This document shows, in pieces, positions 58,247-64,000 of a stretch of 64,000 nt of DNA. The notes below the pieces were generated by a model. It was given only the letters and a program-made list of their open reading frames with translations, was not told the origin of the DNA and made no database searches. Position numbers and translations under genes: made by a program. Location: positions 12,383 through 76,382 of the IMG/VR virus record IMGVR_UViG_3300015263_000962; one strand, 5' to 3'. How positions within the stretch are numbered: position 1 is the stretch's first letter; every line of letters starts with the position of its first letter. The DNA comes from a virus.

Positions 58247-58587
58247 TGACACAAGGGATTGAACTTCAGATCAACATTCAGGTGCCCGTTCCGCAAGGTA
58301 TGGAAATCCAAGGCATTAGTGTGAGCTTCGGCGAACCAACACTGACCTACTATCCGCCGCAGTATATTCCACGACAATTGTTCGGACAGCAGCAGCAGCA
58401 TTATGTTTCGCCTCAACATCGTGAGATCGAACTGAACATCCAAACCGAAGAAATTCGAGCCCGAGAGCGAGGGTTGCGTGCTTACTGGTCAGAAGAGTCA
58501 GAGGCAGATCTGTTGGCTTGGAGTCAACAACCATGGAAGCCTACTCCAAAAGATGAGAAGGCAAATTGGAAGGAAGAAGGTTTCTGA
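58246..58587 (+). CDS. Protein with MCP 253-282 copy and NWKEEGF tail
   Basis: TGATG coupling; 14/30 aa identical to own MCP. Confidence 0.75.
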   Translation: MTQGIELQINIQVPVPQGMEIQGISVSFGEPTLTYYPPQYIPRQLFGQQQQHYVSPQHREIELNIQTEEIRARERGLRAYWSEESEADLLAWSQQPWKPTPKDEKANWKEEGF

Positions 58588-58602
58588 AGAAAGGAAAAGG
58601 GC

Positions 58603-59475
58603 ATGAAATCGATTGGAATCATTGGGCAGGGATTTGTAGGAAGTGCGGTGTTTGATGGCATGATGCACGCCTTCGATGTTTTCGCTTACGATTTGAAGTA
58701 TGGGATTGTGTCCACCAAGACATCGATCACCAACGTCGAAATTGACAAGGGCTATGCTCATGTGTTGGAGAAGTCGGATGGGCCGATCTTCATTTGTTTG
58801 CCAACCCCCATGGATGAGGATGGTCGTTGCTCGACGTACCTCGTTGAATCCGCAATCCAAAAATTGGAACAACTGGCGACAGAGAAAGGTCGAGTTCTCG
58901 TCATCAAGTCCACCGTGCCGCCCGGAACCACCGAGCGAATCAACAGTTGGGCCACGAAGTTCCATGTCTGCTTCAATCCAGAATTCCTGCGAGAAGCCAC
59001 AGCGGCAGAGGACTTCAAGAATCAGGATCGAATCATCATTGGTGGGCCACGAGAAGGCACCAACGTCCTCAAGGCTATGTACGAGAAGGCTTACCCTGAC
59101 GTACCTGTGACCAAGACATCTTCGACAATCGCAGAACTGGTCAAGTACACCACCAACATCTTTCTGGCAACTAAGGTGGCCGTCGCCAACGAGATCGCAC
59201 AAGTCTGCGAGGCTCTGGGCGAAGACTATGACAAAGTGGTTGAGTATGCCACGAAGGATAAGCGGCTGGGGACATCACACTGGGCTGTACCGGGGCCAGA
59301 TGGAAAGAAGGGCTTTGGTGGTTCATGCTTCCCGAAAGATCTGAATGCTTTCATTCAGGTTGCAGAAGACAATGATGTTGAGTGCTCGACGCTTAAGGGA
59401 GCTTGGGAAACGAACCTGAGAGTTCGGCCTGAGAAGGACTGGGAACAACTCAAGGGACGGGCCGTCGTCAAATAA
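58603..59475 (+). CDS. UDP-glucose/GDP-mannose dehydrogenase family protein
   Basis: GIIGQGFVG, CLPTP, KSTVPPGTT, NPEFLRE, GFGGSCFPKD. Confidence 0.93.
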   Translation: MKSIGIIGQGFVGSAVFDGMMHAFDVFAYDLKYGIVSTKTSITNVEIDKGYAHVLEKSDGPIFICLPTPMDEDGRCSTYLVESAIQKLEQLATEKGRVLVIKSTVPPGTTERINSWATKFHVCFNPEFLREATAAEDFKNQDRIIIGGPREGTNVLKAMYEKAYPDVPVTKTSSTIAELVKYTTNIFLATKVAVANEIAQVCEALGEDYDKVVEYATKDKRLGTSHWAVPGPDGKKGFGGSCFPKDLNAFIQVAEDNDVECSTLKGAWETNLRVRPEKDWEQLKGRAVVK

Positions 59476-59476
59476 A

Positions 59477-59503
59477 AATGCCGAGTCTTGTGGACTCGGC
59501 ATT
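59477..59503. terminator. Terminator hairpin
   Basis: aatgccgagtc/gactcggcatt between convergent genes. Confidence 0.7.
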
Positions 59504-59527
59504 CGGGGCACTGCTTATACAGCGGTG

Positions 59528-59845
59528 TTAATCCTTAGAGATCTTCACGCAAAAACGTGGAAGATAGAATTCACCTGACTCAGTTTTGATCAGGACTCTC
59601 TTGGGTTCGACATTTAAGACGGAACCACCAGTAGTTGTGAATTCGCAAACCAGTTGTTCTGCATCAGTGCATTCTGTTTCAATCTTTTCCAGCAGCTTCT
59701 TGCTACTCACCTTCGAGTGAACGCCCTTCCCGATGTATTTCTCATTGGGATCTTCGGGGCGTGCGCCAACGAAGAAGTCAGACATGTCTTTTTGTTCTGA
59801 CAACCAGTTCTTAAAGTCGTTTACTGATAGATGCCGTCTATCCAT
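59528..59845 (-). CDS. Hypothetical protein with CTS-like N-terminus
   Basis: SVNDFKNWLSE. Confidence 0.6.
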   Translation of the reverse strand: MDRRHLSVNDFKNWLSEQKDMSDFFVGARPEDPNEKYIGKGVHSKVSSKKLLEKIETECTDAEQLVCEFTTTGGSVLNVEPKRVLIKTESGEFYLPRFCVKISKD

Positions 59846-59851
59846 TTGAGT

Positions 59852-60721
59852 TTACTCCTCCTGATCGACGAAAAAGTCAAGTGCATCCTGTTCACTCGAT
59901 ATATACACAGCATTAGTGTAATTCCCGCCGCTTGAGTAGTCTGCCACAACTACTTCTCTTCCCTCCTGATGCGTCAGCCAGTACAGGTTGGCGTCGATGA
60001 TTTCTTTAGACCTTAGATGTTGAGGGTAAGTCCATAGGCCGTTTTCCAGTTGTACCGCCTGATCTTTCTTCTCTGTAAACGATGCGTCACAACAAAGCAA
60101 TAGCAGTTTCCTTACATCAAATTGGAACGACAACCCGATAGCGGCACAGACTGGATTTCTGTAATCATCAATGAAATATGCCTCGTTTTTCTCATATCCG
60201 AACACTCTTTCCGGTGTCGGCTGATAGACGTAAACATCCCCCCGATACCTTTCGTAGAACTCGTGGTTGGCCCTGATCGACCCCACGCAAACTGGAAAGT
60301 ATGGGGACTGTCGCTCTGGGAGATCGGTTAAGACTTCCCGGTAAGGGTTGTTTACGATGTGGGCGTTGATGGATCGCTGGCTTTGGGGGTCCACTTTTGG
60401 ACCCATCAACTTCCATCCTTTTAAGGCACCATTGATTGTCAGAATGCAGACATCTGGTGGCAGTTTACTCAGAAGTTGATGCCGATTGGCAAAGTCGTAA
60501 CCATCTGAAACAACAACCACTTTGTGGAAGATGATCTTCTCTTCCGAGATGCGTGCCCGCTTGCGGTTGCGTTCCTCATTCCTTAGAAGGTTGGGATAGT
60601 CGGACTTGTCATACATGTGCGAGATGGAAATGGGTGCGATCCCCTTTTTGGTGAAGTTTCGCACCCAGACATCTCCAGCACGAATGTATTCGTTTGATGA
60701 ATAGGTTGTTTTTATTCTCAT
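59852..60721 (-). CDS. Hypothetical protein
   Basis: 289 aa; start overlaps upstream stop. Confidence 0.65.
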   Translation of the reverse strand: MRIKTTYSSNEYIRAGDVWVRNFTKKGIAPISISHMYDKSDYPNLLRNEERNRKRARISEEKIIFHKVVVVSDGYDFANRHQLLSKLPPDVCILTINGALKGWKLMGPKVDPQSQRSINAHIVNNPYREVLTDLPERQSPYFPVCVGSIRANHEFYERYRGDVYVYQPTPERVFGYEKNEAYFIDDYRNPVCAAIGLSFQFDVRKLLLLCCDASFTEKKDQAVQLENGLWTYPQHLRSKEIIDANLYWLTHQEGREVVVADYSSGGNYTNAVYISSEQDALDFFVDQEE

Positions 60722-62580
60722 GGTACAGGGCAGGGTGTAATCATGACGCAATTGCGTCCATCAGCACTCTTGTCCAAGATCTGGTCCATTGTGATCTTGA
60801 CCTCGATTGGTGCTCCCCTATAAACGAGTTCCACTTCTGGCATTTCTTCAGGGAAGATCACCGGGATGCCGATGTCATCTGGAATCTCCAGTGTAATCGA
60901 ATCCGGCATATTGACGTTGATTACATCCGGTCCCTCGTAAGCCATAACGATTCGCTCAGGAATTGGTTGGGGCATTTCCACCTTGATCGATGGAAATTCG
61001 ATTGGCTCCACTTTGACTGTTACCTCGGTCTCAACCTTCACAGGGATCGCATCGCCCTTGTAGATCAAATCGATGGCCTCTGGAACCTCAGTCGCATCAA
61101 AGCGAATCATGTTTGGAATCGGCTGGTCTGGACCATAGATCTTGATGCTCTTGGGAATGTCCACTTCGGAGCAATCCAACTTGATGCACTCAGGGACATC
61201 CCGAGTGTCAAGCTTGAGCTTGGGCATCTCAGATTCCTTCGGCGGCACAATCTTGATCTCTTCGGGGATACCCACAGACTGATACTCGACCTTCATCGTG
61301 CCGGATGCTTCGAACAAGTCGGCAAATTCCTCGCCGAACTCACTCACTAAGGCTTGGTCAGCAGCGAAGATTTCTGGAGTCTTTACATCCTTAGCCAATG
61401 TCAGTGCGACCTCCATATCAGGAGGCGTACCCCAATCAACTTCCAGCCGTGGCAGACTTGCGGCATCCAAGGCCAGCACGATGCTCGAAGCTGGCGGGAT
61501 GATCACAATCGTCGGCGGAATCGGCGGATCGATGATGATTGTCGGAGGCACCGGTGGGTCGATCAGAATGATGCTCGGCAGGTCCGGGCCAATGATCGAA
61601 ACGATGCTCGTTGTAATGTTGATCGGGTTGTCCGGGCCTGTAATCGTGACGTTACTGACCAAATTGATGTCCGGTCCTGTAATGACAGATGGAATCGGGC
61701 CAATCTGTCCTTCGAGCGATACACACGGAAATACCTGTGGCGGAATGTTGATGTCTGGTTCTGGCACATCACATGGTACGAACGTGAAATCCGGGAACTC
61801 AGGCACTTCCGGGATCGGGATGTCAAACACCTCTTGAATCTGAGGTGGCGGTTCCTGTGGTTCAATGCGTTCAATCGGAGTCTGGATAATTTGGCACTTG
61901 TCGTTCGCCACAGATACCACTGGGTCCACAGAAGCGTTGAGAGCATATCTGTGTGTTCCTTCGAGGCTCGTTGTGGTGAATTCGCCGTCACCAAAATCCA
62001 AGCGAAATGAGTTGATTGTGCCGGGTGGCGTGATCTCTACCAGAAACTCGGCCAGTTTCCCCGTCACAGGGTCATCTTCAACGACATTGAAGGTGAAATT
62101 GATGTCAGGGCAGTTGTAGTCATCGAAGATGACTTGGAGTTCTTCAAGATTGCGGATTCTCCAATCCAAGGTTTCCTGTCGGGGATCGAAGTTATAGCCG
62201 ATGAAATCCTCGGTTTGCAGAATCGCATCCACCAGTTGGTTGTGGTGTTCGGCTACCACATAGCTGCGAATCCACGAACATTTCCGATTGAATTTGGTCT
62301 GCGTCCCACCCAGATTCCGAGCACACTTCTTTAATTTATTGACCTTACCATTCTCGTCTTTGGCTACAGCATCATAGTACAGAAGTTCTCCGCTCAGATT
62401 GGCAAAACCGTTGTCTGCCCAGATCTCTTGGGCATCGGCAGCAACCGGCATGATGTCGATTTCTTGAGCCCACGGCGCATTGTCACTGGTCAGCTTGGTC
62501 TCAGTCGTGTTGTAGACCAAGAACAGCGTATGATCTGTATCAATTGCTTCAGGATATGTGGGTACTGGAGGAAATGTCAT
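60718..62580 (-). CDS. Putative virion protein with PKD-like domain and Pro/Ile-rich repeats
   Basis: LDFGDG...HRY PKD motif; repeated IP..I.. units. Confidence 0.7.
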   Translation of the reverse strand: MTFPPVPTYPEAIDTDHTLFLVYNTTETKLTSDNAPWAQEIDIMPVAADAQEIWADNGFANLSGELLYYDAVAKDENGKVNKLKKCARNLGGTQTKFNRKCSWIRSYVVAEHHNQLVDAILQTEDFIGYNFDPRQETLDWRIRNLEELQVIFDDYNCPDINFTFNVVEDDPVTGKLAEFLVEITPPGTINSFRLDFGDGEFTTTSLEGTHRYALNASVDPVVSVANDKCQIIQTPIERIEPQEPPPQIQEVFDIPIPEVPEFPDFTFVPCDVPEPDINIPPQVFPCVSLEGQIGPIPSVITGPDINLVSNVTITGPDNPINITTSIVSIIGPDLPSIILIDPPVPPTIIIDPPIPPTIVIIPPASSIVLALDAASLPRLEVDWGTPPDMEVALTLAKDVKTPEIFAADQALVSEFGEEFADLFEASGTMKVEYQSVGIPEEIKIVPPKESEMPKLKLDTRDVPECIKLDCSEVDIPKSIKIYGPDQPIPNMIRFDATEVPEAIDLIYKGDAIPVKVETEVTVKVEPIEFPSIKVEMPQPIPERIVMAYEGPDVINVNMPDSITLEIPDDIGIPVIFPEEMPEVELVYRGAPIEVKITMDQILDKSADGRNCVMITPCPVP

Positions 62581-64000
62581 CAATAAACTCCCATGAGCCA
62601 CTGCTCGCCTTCGGGTCTGGAGATCAACGAACTGAAGGTCAGATCGATCTCATTGAACTTAACGAAGGCGTTCGGGCTGTAATCAAAACTTAGATATGCC
62701 CGCTTGTCTCCATCTGATGCCAATCTCATTGAATTTGCCGGATCATCGAATCCTACAACTGTAGTGTCTTGGAGAGACCGATACAGCAACGAGTTCGCTC
62801 CCGGACCACCAGTAGACCAAACCTCGGCAAGATCATCGAACTGCGAGACGGAGCCAGAGTTGCTTAAGAAATACATGCCCTCGCTAAGATCCACCAATTC
62901 CCCATTCAGCTTCGTTGGGCCTTGAATGTCTTGCATCTTTCGAATGTTGACGAACGGATTTCCAACCAACCCTTCTGTACGATAAAAGCTCTTGATTCGG
63001 AAGAACGGTCCCACACCGTCATTTCTACAGATGTACCCTGTTTGGTCCTTCCAACCGGTTCTGTAGACGCTGAAGTGTCCATAAATGGATTCGCCTGCAC
63101 CATCGAATACCGCAGGATTTTGTTCTAGTTCAATGGCCCCATTCAGGTAGTTTCCGTCTGACAAGGCCGTGCTGCTGGTGGTAAAGTCCGCCAACGTGAA
63201 AGTCTGCTTGTTTGTATTTGTGAGCGAAGTGTTTGGGGCACGAGTTGGCATGTCTCCAAAAATGAAGTATGAGAAGCCGCTTGGCGATGCAAGATGCGCC
63301 CAGTTCCATTGTCTTGTGATCGGCGAGCGATTGATGTAAACGCCACCGAATCCGTCATACTCAACAACATTGATGACTTCGCTGGCAGCCGGGTCTGATT
63401 CGTTTCTACCGCTGGCCCAATACAACATGGTTGTGCCGCCCTGCCCAGAAGACAAGGTGCCTCTCGGGGCCAGAGCAGAGTTTCTCAGGAACTCCGTGAT
63501 CTGTTGATCGGAGTTGTTTGCGTTTGCCAAGAAGTCGTCGTTGCGATCTACCGTCAGTGTGGCTGCCGGGGTCAACTTGAATGTTTCGCTGATCAGACCG
63601 AACTCGTAGGCTCGCACAGTCGATGCCGTCGTGAATGTCCACAACCAAAGGTTTGTGTTCTCGATGATGTCAATGCTATCCTCGTAGGTGGTAATTCTGT
63701 AAGCACCGAATTGTGTATCCACACGCAGTTTCAAGTCATAGATTCCACCAACACTGTAAGAAGCCTTGGTGAGCGGCGAGTTTGGGTGCAGAAGGTCGTC
63801 GCCCAACTCCCATGTATAATTGGTGATTGGATCGAGTGCGTTGCCCAGTTCATCCAATGGCTCGCCGCCGAAACTTCGGCCCGGCGTAGCAGGGTTTTCA
63901 CCGTCCTGAATTTCAATCTGAATCAGTGTATTGATTGGAGATCGAATCTTTGGCAGAGTTTCAAATGGCCCATTCGGAGGCACGCCCGGCGTAGCGTCTT
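62580..64000 (-). CDS. Putative virion/tail protein with PKD-like domain (5' truncated by window edge)
   Basis: YTWELGD...SY..GG.YDL.LRV; frame appears open to the window edge. Confidence 0.7.
   Translation of the reverse strand, partial: DATPGVPPNGPFETLPKIRSPINTLIQIEIQDGENPATPGRSFGGEPLDELGNALDPITNYTWELGDDLLHPNSPLTKASYSVGGIYDLKLRVDTQFGAYRITTYEDSIDIIENTNLWLWTFTTASTVRAYEFGLISETFKLTPAATLTVDRNDDFLANANNSDQQITEFLRNSALAPRGTLSSGQGGTTMLYWASGRNESDPAASEVINVVEYDGFGGVYINRSPITRQWNWAHLASPSGFSYFIFGDMPTRAPNTSLTNTNKQTFTLADFTTSSTALSDGNYLNGAIELEQNPAVFDGAGESIYGHFSVYRTGWKDQTGYICRNDGVGPFFRIKSFYRTEGLVGNPFVNIRKMQDIQGPTKLNGELVDLSEGMYFLSNSGSVSQFDDLAEVWSTGGPGANSLLYRSLQDTTVVGFDDPANSMRLASDGDKRAYLSFDYSPNAFVKFNEIDLTFSSLISRPEGEQWLMGVY

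Noticed and set aside
1-64000. Alternative genetic code (stop-codon reassignment)
   Set aside because: Core genes are full length under the standard code, and TAA, TAG and TGA all end genes that tile tightly
1-64000. tRNA genes, CRISPR arrays, DGR template/variable repeats
   Set aside because: No cloverleafs, spaced direct repeats, reverse transcriptase or adenine-specific repeat pairs seen by eye; MCP fragment differences are mostly third-position

Overview
This window is a gene-dense 64-kb segment of a large T4-like (gp23/gp20/gp17-type) tailed phage, probably a jumbo myovirus. It uses the standard genetic code, and I found no tRNA, rRNA or CRISPR array. It holds the head module (major capsid, scaffold, prohead protease, putative core protein, intein-containing portal), the large terminase, primase, a Cas4/RecB-like nuclease, an actin-like ATPase and PKD-domain virion proteins. 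Auxiliary enzymes include methyltransferases, GT9-like glycosyltransferases, UDP-glucose dehydrogenase, aldehyde dehydrogenase, a ferritin-like protein, CYTH, two 2H phosphoesterases (one Acb1-like) and four peptidases besides the prohead protease. The most unusual signal is a dispersed set of small genes, each carrying a different piece of this phage's own major capsid protein (residues ~64-110, ~125-248, ~253-282, ~275-302, possibly ~395-433). These pieces are fused to one of two shared short tags, N-terminal M[KR]NHWL or C-terminal NWKxEGF. Two tail-tube-like paralogs sit alongside this set. The best-conserved piece matches the T4 Gol peptide region and is protein-conserved despite many synonymous changes, which suggests a structural-protein mimic/decoy system. 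All product calls come from motif recognition and hand alignment, not database searches.
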